A stretch of DNA of 64,000 nt, taken from positions 17,542 through 81,541 of the IMG/VR virus record IMGVR_UViG_2706796489_000001. One strand, written 5' to 3'. The translations under genes and the position numbers were made by a program. The stretch is from a virus (Duplodnaviria; Caudoviricetes). Positions 55,605 to 63,123 of the stretch are shown piece by piece. Position 1 is the first letter of the stretch. Each line of letters starts with the position of its first letter. The notes below the pieces were generated by a model. It was not told the DNA's origin, made no database searches, and was given only the letters and a program-made list of their open reading frames with translations.

Positions 55605-55773
55605 TGCCGTGCTCCTTGATGAGATCTTCGATCTCGGTGTTGTCGAAGCGAGAAAGTTCGTCACGAACTTTTTGTTCCTCGCCGGGGATGTTGGATCGCT
55701 GCGCCAGCGACAGACGAGTGAGGATGCCGGCACGAACTGCGATCACGGGAGCGAGATCCTTGAACGTGCTCAT
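55597..55773 (-). CDS. Small hypothetical protein (58 aa, not in ORF track)
   Basis: MSTFKDLAPVIAVRAGIL...; fills the gap. Confidence 0.55.
   Translation of the reverse strand: MSTFKDLAPVIAVRAGILTRLSLAQRSNIPGEEQKVRDELSRFDNTEIEDLIKEHGNG
55653..55671. repeat. Palindrome copy 3, AAAGTTCGT-C-ACGAACTTT (central C, inside a CDS)
   Basis: Core 55656-55668. Confidence 0.85.
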
Positions 55774-55777
55774 GGCG

Positions 55778-56041
55778 TCAGATCCCCGATACGTCTTCGC
55801 TGGTGAGACCCACCGCGATGACCGGGTGCTGGGTGCCCATGATCTGAACGATCAGGCCGTGACCCTTCTTGAGCAGTTCGATCTCGTCGTCGCTCAGGCG
55901 CCAGACCGACATCATCCACTTCTGGCCATCTTGCTCCAGGTCGATGATCGGCAGATCGCCGCATTCGCCCTGCGTTTCGGTGTCCCATTCCTTGGGCGCT
56001 TTCAGAACGCGGGTGGCGTTTGAGGGGTGCAAAATGTCCAT
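55778..56041 (-). CDS. Hypothetical protein
   Basis: CGDLPI...MMSVWRLS.DE; SD AAGGA. Confidence 0.7.
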   Translation of the reverse strand: MDILHPSNATRVLKAPKEWDTETQGECGDLPIIDLEQDGQKWMMSVWRLSDDEIELLKKGHGLIVQIMGTQHPVIAVGLTSEDVSGI

Positions 56042-56044
56042 TCT

Positions 56045-56230
56045 TTATCCTTCGGTCTTGGGTTGTTGTTCGGCCCGCGCTTGACGCACGCCGCCGCACT
56101 TCTCGGGCTGCTTGCATTCGCACAGGTAGACGGAGGTGCCGCCGACGTAGCGGGCGGTCGGACACTTTTCCATCGCGGTGACGGTGAAGAGGGGATATTC
56201 CTTGTTCCCCCACTTGGCTTTGCTGGTCAT
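56045..56230 (-). CDS. Small Cys-rich hypothetical protein
   Basis: ATGA coupling. Confidence 0.55.
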   Translation of the reverse strand: MTSKAKWGNKEYPLFTVTAMEKCPTARYVGGTSVYLCECKQPEKCGGVRQARAEQQPKTEG

Positions 56231-56424
56231 TTGACGCTCGCCTGTTTGAAGGTTTCGTAGGCCTGGATGATGGATTCAGTCCAGTTGATGATCCCGTTCC
56301 AGTGGAGCCAGTGTTCCATCAGCTCGCGGGTCGAAGAAATGCGGATCTCTTCGTCGGACAAGCCGCGCTCACGCAGAACGTCGATGATGTGGGGCGGAAG
56401 ATCTTCCACCTTGGTGAGGACCAT
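56227..56424 (-). CDS. Hypothetical protein
   Basis: Leader motif and SD AAGGAG. Confidence 0.7.
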   Translation of the reverse strand: MVLTKVEDLPPHIIDVLRERGLSDEEIRISSTRELMEHWLHWNGIINWTESIIQAYETFKQASVK

Positions 56425-56515
56425 GAGGTCTCCTTGGTTTGTGTGCTGTGGGCGGATAATAGCCTGAAGGATGGATCTTGCCTAGTCCCCCTTCTCGGGC
56501 CAGCAGATCGCGCAA

Positions 56516-56635
56516 CTATTGGAGAACCCTGTAGTAGCGCCAGTACGGGCCGGCGTGACGACGGAACAGCTTCGGATTGGTGAATGCGCCGCAGCTGTAG
56601 AACTCTTCTTTCGTGATGCGGCGTATCGTGGCCAT
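56516..56635 (-). CDS. Small basic protein (39 aa, not in ORF track)
   Basis: MATIRRITKEEFYSCGAFTNPKLFRRHAGPYWRYYRVLQ*; starts 2 nt after upstream stop. Confidence 0.5.
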   Translation of the reverse strand: MATIRRITKEEFYSCGAFTNPKLFRRHAGPYWRYYRVLQ

Positions 56636-56637
56636 GG

Positions 56638-56994
56638 TCAGAAGTTGTAGGTGATGGCTTGGTGGACCACGGCGCGCCGCTTGGAGACGAAGCGCACCGA
56701 GGCGCTGTAGCTGGCGCAGCCGCAGCAGTCATATTCGTGGGCGCAGCCCCAGGCCGAGAACGTGTGCATCAACGCCTCCTGCCACTTCTTGCGATCCGCG
56801 CCACGCGGGACGATCACGCTGAAGAGGCGGACAGGGCCATGCGACGGCTCGTCGTAGTAGGAATCTGGCCGGTGGATGTTGCGGCCGCGCAGCACCTTGG
56901 CCACGCCCAGGTACTCGTGCTCGTCCAGGTGCTTGAACGTGCCGACGTACCTGTGAGTCTTGCGCAGTTCAACAGATTGGATCGAAGCCATCAT
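56638..56994 (-). CDS. Hypothetical phage protein with Cys cluster
   Basis: GCAHEYDCCGC motif. Confidence 0.75.
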   Translation of the reverse strand: MMASIQSVELRKTHRYVGTFKHLDEHEYLGVAKVLRGRNIHRPDSYYDEPSHGPVRLFSVIVPRGADRKKWQEALMHTFSAWGCAHEYDCCGCASYSASVRFVSKRRAVVHQAITYNF

Positions 56995-57464
56995 GCCTCC
57001 GGGTGTTTGATCGTGGCGACGTGGTACTCATCGCCGCGAGCGTGGTTGTCGGCCCAGTCGGTCGCGTCTTCCACCGACTCGAAAGGCCCGACCATGTGGA
57101 TGCCGTCGATCACGTTGCCGAACAACAGCACATGGCGGTCGTCTTTCTCGGTCGAGAGGACGGCTTGGTTGATGTGCTCGATGACGCGGCGCGCCCAGCC
57201 ATTGAAGACGAGTTCATCATCGTCATCGTAGAGCGACATGACCAGGCGCTCGTAGGTCGTGCAGATCAGCAGGCCACGCGGCGAGCTGGCTTCGAAGTAG
57301 CCCGCCAAGGCGCCGGTCCCCACGTCACGAACCGTGATGGTCTCGACGCGGTAGCCATGCAGATGAGTGGGCTTGCCCCACTTGAAGACCTCGATGCACC
57401 AGCCGTCGGATAAGCCGGACTGCACCAGGTTCAACGCAGTGTCTTGAGCAACAGGTAAACGCAT
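56991..57464 (-). CDS. Hypothetical protein
   Basis: Palindrome and SD upstream. Confidence 0.7.
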   Translation of the reverse strand: MRLPVAQDTALNLVQSGLSDGWCIEVFKWGKPTHLHGYRVETITVRDVGTGALAGYFEASSPRGLLICTTYERLVMSLYDDDDELVFNGWARRVIEHINQAVLSTEKDDRHVLLFGNVIDGIHMVGPFESVEDATDWADNHARGDEYHVATIKHPEA

Positions 57465-57478
57465 GATTCATCCTTGAA

Positions 57479-57493
57479 GGTTCGTTACGAACC
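57479..57493. repeat. Palindrome copy 4
   Basis: 14 nt upstream of ATG 57464. Confidence 0.9.
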
Positions 57494-57499
57494 TACTAG

Positions 57500-57655
57500 T
57501 TATCCGATCTCGCGCTGACGAGCGCAAGCCTCTTCTTCGGTGTCGAACTCTTCAATCGACCCGTCTTGGTGCTGGACCAACCAGGGTTTGGAGAAGAGCG
57601 CCGAGTGGGTCTCATCGAGAGACGCACGTTCGATTACGTCAGTCTTGTAATTCAT
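57500..57655 (-). CDS. Small acidic protein (51 aa, not in ORF track)
   Basis: MNYKTDVIERAS...EEFDTEEEACARQREIG*; SD AAGG. Confidence 0.6.
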   Translation of the reverse strand: MNYKTDVIERASLDETHSALFSKPWLVQHQDGSIEEFDTEEEACARQREIG

Positions 57656-57658
57656 GAT

Positions 57659-58114
57659 TCACCCTTCCTTCGGTTTACGGTCTTTCAGGAACCGCTCTTG
57701 GTGGACACCCGACTCGACGGCCAGGTCGATGAGATCCTGCCACCGCAGATGCCAGATGCGGCCGGACCCGAGGTGCTTGACCATCGGACTTCCGCCGACG
57801 CTGTGCAGCAGTTCGAATTCGCCCAGCTCGGGGTGCGCCGCCGATCCGAGAGCCACCGTCATGACCAGCTTCTCTTTCTCGATCATCTCCCCGTGGCTGG
57901 AGTTGTAGCGATGGGCGATGCGCTCACCGATGCGCTTCATCGCTTCGGGCGAGCGAATGATGCCATCGGGGTACTTGTCGCGTTGTCGGCTTGCATCGAC
58001 CAGCTTGGCGGGCAAGTGGCCGATATGGCGACCGTGAAAGTCCTGGAGCTGGCCACCAGATTCGCCGTAGCTGAAGATGATGTGATTGGGGACGCGATGG
58101 GGATTATGGCTCAT
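57659..58114 (-). CDS. Hypothetical protein
   Basis: MSHNPHR start. Confidence 0.6.
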   Translation of the reverse strand: MSHNPHRVPNHIIFSYGESGGQLQDFHGRHIGHLPAKLVDASRQRDKYPDGIIRSPEAMKRIGERIAHRYNSSHGEMIEKEKLVMTVALGSAAHPELGEFELLHSVGGSPMVKHLGSGRIWHLRWQDLIDLAVESGVHQERFLKDRKPKEG

Positions 58115-58118
58115 GTCA

Positions 58119-58310
58119 CTAGTCCTTGATGGAGACGCAGGCACCCACACGATTGCCGTTCGAATCGCACAGGGTGATCTTGTCGGAGAAGTCGTTGCCC
58201 GCTCTTTCGATCCGGTCAGCGAGGTCTCGCAAGATCCACGCCAGCTCGGTTGCGGGTTCGTCAAAGGCGCTGCCGCCGCCTTTGATGGTGATGGTCGCGG
58301 AGTCGAACAT
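58119..58310 (-). CDS. Hypothetical phage protein
   Basis: SAF.....EL..ILR.LA...D.NGNRVG motif. Confidence 0.7.
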   Translation of the reverse strand: MFDSATITIKGGGSAFDEPATELAWILRDLADRIERAGNDFSDKITLCDSNGNRVGACVSIKD

Positions 58311-58312
58311 GA

Positions 58313-58726
58313 CTACAACCCCGCATGTTGACCACGGGTTGCGCCGCAGTGCAGGCAGATGTTTTCGGCCGTGCCAGGGGCTTGTTCGTACCCGTTGCAC
58401 TTGCCCTGGATCGTGCCGGCCAGCGGTTTGACCAGGTGGCGCAGCGCCGTGTCGATGTGGTCGTCGTCCATGTAGACGTACATATCGACAACGAGGACGC
58501 GGCGGGCGGGGACGAAAATGCCCAGCGTCGTACCTTCGAGGACGAACTTGGGGCTGTTCATGTCGCCCCACATGCAGTCCCAGCGAAAGCGCATGTTGAT
58601 GTCTTTCGTCTTGTCGATGTTCTTGATCGACGGATCGCGCTGGCGGTACAGCTCGCGGTTGGCTTCGATGTTGGTGTGCTTGAGCAGCGTGGCCAGGCGT
58701 GCCAGGTGTTCAGGTTTGATCTTCAT
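58313..58726 (-). CDS. Hypothetical protein with C-terminal Zn-finger-like CxxC
   Basis: ATGA coupling; SD AAGG. Confidence 0.7.
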   Translation of the reverse strand: MKIKPEHLARLATLLKHTNIEANRELYRQRDPSIKNIDKTKDINMRFRWDCMWGDMNSPKFVLEGTTLGIFVPARRVLVVDMYVYMDDDHIDTALRHLVKPLAGTIQGKCNGYEQAPGTAENICLHCGATRGQHAGL

Positions 58727-58929
58727 GAGAAGGTTCCCTTTATCAACTTTGGATCTTCATGCCGCTGGGTGATATCGCAGTGGATGGCTTCACCCAAAGC
58801 GAAGTGTCGGTAGTGGTGACGGCCACATAGCGGGCATTCAAGGATCACATCACCAGAGAAGCGCTCAGGCAACGTGACTCGAAAATACACGTCGCAGCCT
58901 TTGCAGTAATGCAAAGTCGGGAGATTCAT
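58723..58929 (-). CDS. Small zinc-ribbon protein
   Basis: CKGC...CPLCGRHH. Confidence 0.65.
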   Translation of the reverse strand: MNLPTLHYCKGCDVYFRVTLPERFSGDVILECPLCGRHHYRHFALGEAIHCDITQRHEDPKLIKGTFS

Positions 58930-59171
58930 TTCACCCTTTCGACGCAGACGAGATACCGCACGGGTTGCCCCACGGCGAACGCGGGGATGGCGGTGTAGAG
59001 GGAGGTGGCGAACTCGCGGCCCTGCCATTGAGCAGGGCGGCGTGATGCCGGTGGGTTGAGCGACCGCATCATGACGGGGTAGCCGCTGACGGTCGTTTCG
59101 AGATAGGCACGTTGCCCGACTTCCAGGGTTGACAGAACGTGCAGTCGGCTACCTTTTCGGATGCCGGTCAT
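58926..59171 (-). CDS. Hypothetical protein
   Basis: Coupled. Confidence 0.6.
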   Translation of the reverse strand: MTGIRKGSRLHVLSTLEVGQRAYLETTVSGYPVMMRSLNPPASRRPAQWQGREFATSLYTAIPAFAVGQPVRYLVCVERVK

Positions 59172-59174
59172 GGT

Positions 59175-59384
59175 TCAGCGGTAGTAGCGCAAGCCATCAT
59201 CGGCCGCGACAAACCACTTCTTCATGATGCGAGTGCCGGGGTGGCAGCATTGCTCAACCGGGAAGTCCCGGTAGTGAGTCGCGCCGTATCCACGCTTGAC
59301 CTCGCTGGCGGTCGGCGGGCGGTGATACGTGAGAATCTTCACGTCACCGCGCACTGGCAACCCGTGCTTCAGGTTCTTTGCCAT
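59175..59384 (-). CDS. Hypothetical phage protein
   Basis: HRPPT..E...GYGATHYRDF...DDGLRYY. Confidence 0.75.
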   Translation of the reverse strand: MAKNLKHGLPVRGDVKILTYHRPPTASEVKRGYGATHYRDFPVEQCCHPGTRIMKKWFVAADDGLRYYR

Positions 59385-59393
59385 GGTTGATCC

Positions 59394-59690
59394 TTAGAAG
59401 TTCGTTACGAACCAGTAGCTCACGCCGTCGAACAGCTTGACCAGCATCAGCCACATGAAAGACGGCACGGGCATATCGCGCCACATACCCACAGCCATCA
59501 TGGGCAACACGATGATGGCCACCAGGCATCCGATTGCCACATCGGGCTTTGGTTCACCATCGTCGGGCTTGCGGAAGAAGACCAGGCGCACGAGGATCGT
59601 GGTGAGCATCAGCCACATCACCATGAGGACGATGGGAATGAGGATCGGGTTAAGCCCGATGAAAACGAGGATGAGGAAGACGATCCACAT
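59394..59690 (-). CDS. Membrane hypothetical protein
   Basis: Several hydrophobic segments; C-terminal WFVTNF encoded by the palindrome. Confidence 0.6.
   Translation of the reverse strand: MWIVFLILVFIGLNPILIPIVLMVMWLMLTTILVRLVFFRKPDDGEPKPDVAIGCLVAIIVLPMMAVGMWRDMPVPSFMWLMLVKLFDGVSYWFVTNF
59400..59412. repeat. Palindrome copy 5
   Basis: 15 nt upstream of ATG 59384. Confidence 0.9.
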
Positions 59691-59692
59691 GG

Positions 59693-60022
59693 CTATCGGC
59701 TCCCCTCGGACAGCAGCGAGCGCAGCATGTCCTCGTAGGCCTCGACTTCGCTCTGATAGCCGTCGTCCGGGTCGCTGTCAACCAGCGAGTAGGCCAGCAG
59801 CAGACGCTCGGCGGCGGCGATGACGTGCAGCCCGCCCTGGTCGATGGCCATGATCGACCAGCCGGACCGGAACTTACCGTGCTCGTTCTTGATGCCGCTG
59901 ATTTCCGAGATACGGTCCCCGAAACGATCCGTCGTCCAGTAGAGGACGGACACCTTCTCATCCTCAGAAGGCTTGATGACCTCGATGAGGAACTTGAGCA
60001 GCATCAGCTTGTACTTTTCCAT
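59693..60022 (-). CDS. Hypothetical protein
   Basis: MEKYKL start after palindrome and SD. Confidence 0.65.
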   Translation of the reverse strand: MEKYKLMLLKFLIEVIKPSEDEKVSVLYWTTDRFGDRISEISGIKNEHGKFRSGWSIMAIDQGGLHVIAAAERLLLAYSLVDSDPDDGYQSEVEAYEDMLRSLLSEGSR

Positions 60023-60036
60023 GATTGATCCTTGAA

Positions 60037-60051
60037 GGTTCGTTACGAACC
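60037..60051. repeat. Palindrome copy 6
   Basis: Contains the TAA stop of 60043..60345; 14 nt upstream of ATG 60022. Confidence 0.9.
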
Positions 60052-60345
60052 ACGCTGGATATCGTCGTAGATATCCCACGCGGCGAGCCAGACCACGTTG
60101 CGGTGGACTTCGAAGTCTTCCAGCACGGCCACGTCGTCCATGCCGCAGCTCACGAGCCACTGGCGCATCACAGCGATATCCATGCGGTTCAGCTGGAGCT
60201 TCACGTCCTTGTAGGACGTGACGATGGCCACGGCGGTCTCGTTGGGGCCAGGGCGAGCGATCAGACGCATCTGATCTTCGGTCAAGTCCAGCTTGAGTTG
60301 ACCGCACGACGATTGCCATTGGTGGAGGACTTCGGTTTCCATCAC
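60043..60345 (-). CDS. Hypothetical phage protein
   Basis: EL.D..VHRNVVWLAAWDI-type motif. Confidence 0.7.
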   Translation of the reverse strand: MMETEVLHQWQSSCGQLKLDLTEDQMRLIARPGPNETAVAIVTSYKDVKLQLNRMDIAVMRQWLVSCGMDDVAVLEDFEVHRNVVWLAAWDIYDDIQRGS

Positions 60346-60533
60346 ACACGCTCCTTGGTCGAGTCACGAATGATCTTGCCATCCTGGGTCAGGATGACGA
60401 CGGCGCCAACGAACCCGTCAGCATCCCGGCGCACCTTGCGCACGAGATCGTTGTAGACGTTCTTGGCTTGCTTGCCGTTGTGGCCGTCGAATTCTTTCTT
60501 GCCGTTGATGGCAACTGTGAACGATTGGCGCAT
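60342..60533 (-). CDS. Hypothetical protein
   Basis: SD AAGGAG. Confidence 0.65.
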   Translation of the reverse strand: MRQSFTVAINGKKEFDGHNGKQAKNVYNDLVRKVRRDADGFVGAVVILTQDGKIIRDSTKERV

Positions 60534-60542
60534 GGTATCTCC

Positions 60543-61046
60543 TTACAGGACTTGAGCGCGCAGCCTCTGGCCAAATTGGGCCAGGAGGAACTTGTCGAAG
60601 GTGGCGAACTTATCAGGATTGCCGTCAGCGAAGAACGGTTCGATGAGGATTTCGTTGGCGAAGCTGGGCTTGACGACCACTACCAGCTCGATCTTGCCAG
60701 GGTCTTCCTCGATGTCAGTGTTGTAGGCGACCAGCTTGAACTTGAGCTTGTCATCGTCCGAGTAGCGCAGATCGAACGAGACCGACAGACCGAGGTGATG
60801 AGTCGGCTGACCATTGTCCATGTTTGGGAATTCGAAGACTTCCTCCAACTTGACCAGTTCGATCTTGGCCATCTTGACCGTGTTGGTGTAGTCGCGGAGT
60901 TGATCGCCCAAGGTTTCGAGTTCAGCGTCCACCATCATGGCATGAGCGTGGAGGATGTTCTCCATGACATGGATCGACTGTTCGAGAGCCTTGCGCCCCT
61001 CGTGATAAACCCGCATCCACTTGGCAAACGATTGAGCGTAGTTCAT
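60543..61046 (-). CDS. Hypothetical protein
   Basis: Palindrome upstream. Confidence 0.7.
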   Translation of the reverse strand: MNYAQSFAKWMRVYHEGRKALEQSIHVMENILHAHAMMVDAELETLGDQLRDYTNTVKMAKIELVKLEEVFEFPNMDNGQPTHHLGLSVSFDLRYSDDDKLKFKLVAYNTDIEEDPGKIELVVVVKPSFANEILIEPFFADGNPDKFATFDKFLLAQFGQRLRAQVL

Positions 61047-61058
61047 GTTCTGCCCTTT

Positions 61059-61073
61059 GGTTCGTTACGAACC
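61059..61073. repeat. Palindrome copy 7
   Basis: 12 nt upstream of ATG 61046. Confidence 0.9.
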
Positions 61074-61075
61074 AT

Positions 61076-61552
61076 TCAGTAGGTGACGTTGATGCGCAAC
61101 GCCTGGTTGAAGATTTCCGCGATGTAGTCACGAACGTCGTTTCGATTTCGACCGGAAACCGTGATGCTGACGCCGTGGCCGAGACTGGGACGAACCGTGA
61201 TCGTGTGTTCAGTCCATCCGTCGTAGCAACCATGCGTGTCCATGTGGTGGAAAGCTGTGTGAAAGACCAGCTTCTCGGGCGTGGATTCGGTCAACTGCAT
61301 CGACGTGCCGTAATCGAAGCCGCCACCACTGGGCAAGTGCTGGCTCACCAGGTCATGCATGCGCTTGCTGTGAACGTCGAGCCAATGCTGCTTGACCTCG
61401 GGGTTGGAATCGGTGGCCATGCGGTTCACGTAAGCGGCCATGCGCATCGCCAGCACGGCGAATATCGGGTAGACGTTGGTGCTCGGCCTGGGGTCAATGG
61501 GACCGGAGCGGGACTTGACCATGTGCTTGGCGGCTTGAACGAGCTGGTTCAT
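61076..61552 (-). CDS. Hypothetical phage protein
   Basis: LPSGGGFD.G...FHHMD..G.YDGWTEH...V.PSL motif. Confidence 0.8.
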   Translation of the reverse strand: MNQLVQAAKHMVKSRSGPIDPRPSTNVYPIFAVLAMRMAAYVNRMATDSNPEVKQHWLDVHSKRMHDLVSQHLPSGGGFDYGTSMQLTESTPEKLVFHTAFHHMDTHGCYDGWTEHTITVRPSLGHGVSITVSGRNRNDVRDYIAEIFNQALRINVTY

Positions 61553-61624
61553 GGGTTGAGTTCCAAAGAGGTGTACGGGGCTTTCGCTGGGTTTCTTGCG
61601 CTGCCGGGGCCGGGGTAGCCGGGA

Positions 61625-61637
61625 GTTCGTTACGAAC
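61625..61637. repeat. Palindrome copy 8
   Basis: Intergenic, about 72 nt upstream of ATG 61552. Confidence 0.9.
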
Positions 61638-61786
61638 CATCAACGGATAGGGCTGGGGAGCACGAGGACGAGCTAGGAGCGAGGGGAAGGGGTTGTGGCT
61701 ACCTGGGCTAGGGTTGGCTGGAAAAATCGCGCTGCGGGCTTGTATCCGCATCAGCCATTCGGCCTAGACCAGGGCGTGGCAGGCCT

Positions 61787-61888
61787 CTAGCGGCCCGAGA
61801 AATAGCCGATGACCAGGTAGGCGAGGATTCCGAAGCAGACACTGCCGAAGAAGATCGCTTCGGCGTCTTTTTTAAGGTTTTGGAGCAT
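61787..61888 (-). CDS. Small single-TM peptide (33 aa, not in ORF track)
   Basis: MLQNLKKDAEAIFFGSVCFGILAYLVIGYFSGR*. Confidence 0.45.
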   Translation of the reverse strand: MLQNLKKDAEAIFFGSVCFGILAYLVIGYFSGR

Positions 61889-61991
61889 AGGGTTTACCCT
61901 CGAAATGGGTCAAAAAGTGGTCAAAAAGTGAGCAGAATCTGCGGCGCAGAGCGGGAGCAGGAGACGGGGGATTTATCATATACACCCTACC

Positions 61992-62004
61992 TAAGTCCTT
62001 GATT
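61992..62004 (-). promoter_or_regulatory. IHF consensus site
   Basis: AATCAAGGACTTA matches WATCAANNNNTTR exactly; AT-rich context. Confidence 0.5.
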
Positions 62005-62010
62005 TGCAAG

Positions 62011-62034
62011 GAGCGGGAGCGGGAGCGGGAGCGG
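62011..62034 (+). repeat. Tandem repeat (GAGCGG)x4
   Basis: Read directly from sequence. Confidence 0.9.
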
Positions 62035-62068
62035 GAAATGGAGCAGATTCGCAGGCCTGAAGATGGCA

Positions 62069-62443
62069 TTTTGGGTGGAGACAAATGCTCATTTCTTTTT
62101 TATAGGTATATTTATTTACCCTATAAATGGTGGCCCTTAAACATCAGAAAAAACGAATTATCTCCACCCAAAAGGAGATCGAGAAAATTGCTCTGTCCCT
62201 CAATGGTCTAGCCTGGCGGAAAATCCTTTGTGGTCAATAGGTTAGACCCTGTGTATATGATAAATCCCCAAGACCCAAGATCGGATCTTGCGAAAACAGA
62301 GGTCGGGGACAGTGCGAACCGAAAAATTATCCGATAAATGGAAGAAACTCATCGGTGTACTTTTCGGCCCGCTGTCTCCACCCAAAATTTCAGGCGCGGG
62401 CGGTAGCCGGCCAAAAGGATGAGACGGGAATCCCCACCCAAAG
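62069..62443. repeat. Iteron-like TCTCCACCCAAAA repeats
   Basis: Inverted copy 62069-62081, direct copies 62161-62173 and 62375-62387, variant TCCCCACCCAAAG 62431-62443. Confidence 0.8.
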
Positions 62444-62595
62444 GGGGACGGACTCCGTAGAGGGCGCGGGCGTGGTAGCGGTGTTTAACCTTTTCGTGAC
62501 GCCCTGCCCACTGTTGTATTTGCGCAACAACTTTTGAAGTTACTTGACTTTCCCTCAAAAGTGCGCTACCACGCCAACGCCCAATTTAACTCCAA

Positions 62596-62910
62596 TCATT
62601 TGTCCCTTATATTCCAGGCGAGCCGCAGCTTGTCCGCCAACGCGACCAGGGAATCGGCCACTTCAACGCGCTTGCGGGTCGATTTGCGGCGAACGCGAAC
62701 CCGCTCAACCGCCTGGACCTCATCGAGCCAATCGAAATCCCCATCTTTCTCGGCAGCGCGAATCTCTTCCCGCATCCGATTCCGTTCCAACTTCGCGTTG
62801 CGGTTTTCATTGGCCGCACGGCGAAACAGATCCTGCTTCCATTGCAGTTGGGCGCTTACGCCGCTGCTAATGACCTTGGAATAGCTACCGATGAGCGGAT
62901 CTTGCGACAT
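62596..62910 (-). CDS. Hypothetical charged helical protein
   Basis: Palindrome and GGAAGA upstream. Confidence 0.65.
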   Translation of the reverse strand: MSQDPLIGSYSKVISSGVSAQLQWKQDLFRRAANENRNAKLERNRMREEIRAAEKDGDFDWLDEVQAVERVRVRRKSTRKRVEVADSLVALADKLRLAWNIRDK

Positions 62911-62929
62911 AATTTTTTCTTCCGACTTG

Positions 62930-62946
62930 AAGTTCGTAACGAACTT
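62930..62946. repeat. Palindrome copy 9, AAGTTCGT-A-ACGAACTT
   Basis: About 20 nt upstream of ATG 62910. Confidence 0.9.
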
Positions 62947-63000
62947 TTGACCTACCGTTTACCGAAGTTGAGTTGCCCAATTCAAACTTGAATTGAGGCC

Positions 63001-63050
63001 GTATAGGCGCGACTTCGCTACCACGCCAGCTTCACGGGCCGCGCCTATAC
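63001..63050. repeat. 11-bp inverted repeat GTATAGGCGCG/CGCGCCTATAC with 28-nt spacer
   Basis: Read directly; spacer contains the CGCTACCACGCC motif. Confidence 0.75.
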
Positions 63051-63060
63051 GAACTTGTCA

Positions 63061-63085
63061 AAAAGCCCCTACCCGAGGGTAGGGG
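63061..63085 (-). terminator. Intrinsic terminator
   Basis: CCCCTACCC-TC-GGGTAGGGG-CTTTTT on - strand. Confidence 0.8.
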
Positions 63086-63123
63086 AAAAGCCAAGCCGCC
63101 AGGGTCGCGGCTTGACTGGGGCG

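Larger units (their letters stand above)
50104..56448 (-). repeat. Dispersed strand-specific leader motif CAGCACACA(G/A)AC, 5 copies
   Basis: TGTGTGCTG on + strand at 50104, 51443, 52004, 55006, 56440; each 14-16 nt from an ATG. Confidence 0.85.
62469..63027. repeat. CGCTACCACGCC 12-mer, 3 copies
   Basis: Inverted 62469-62480; direct 62564-62575 and 63016-63027. Confidence 0.8.
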
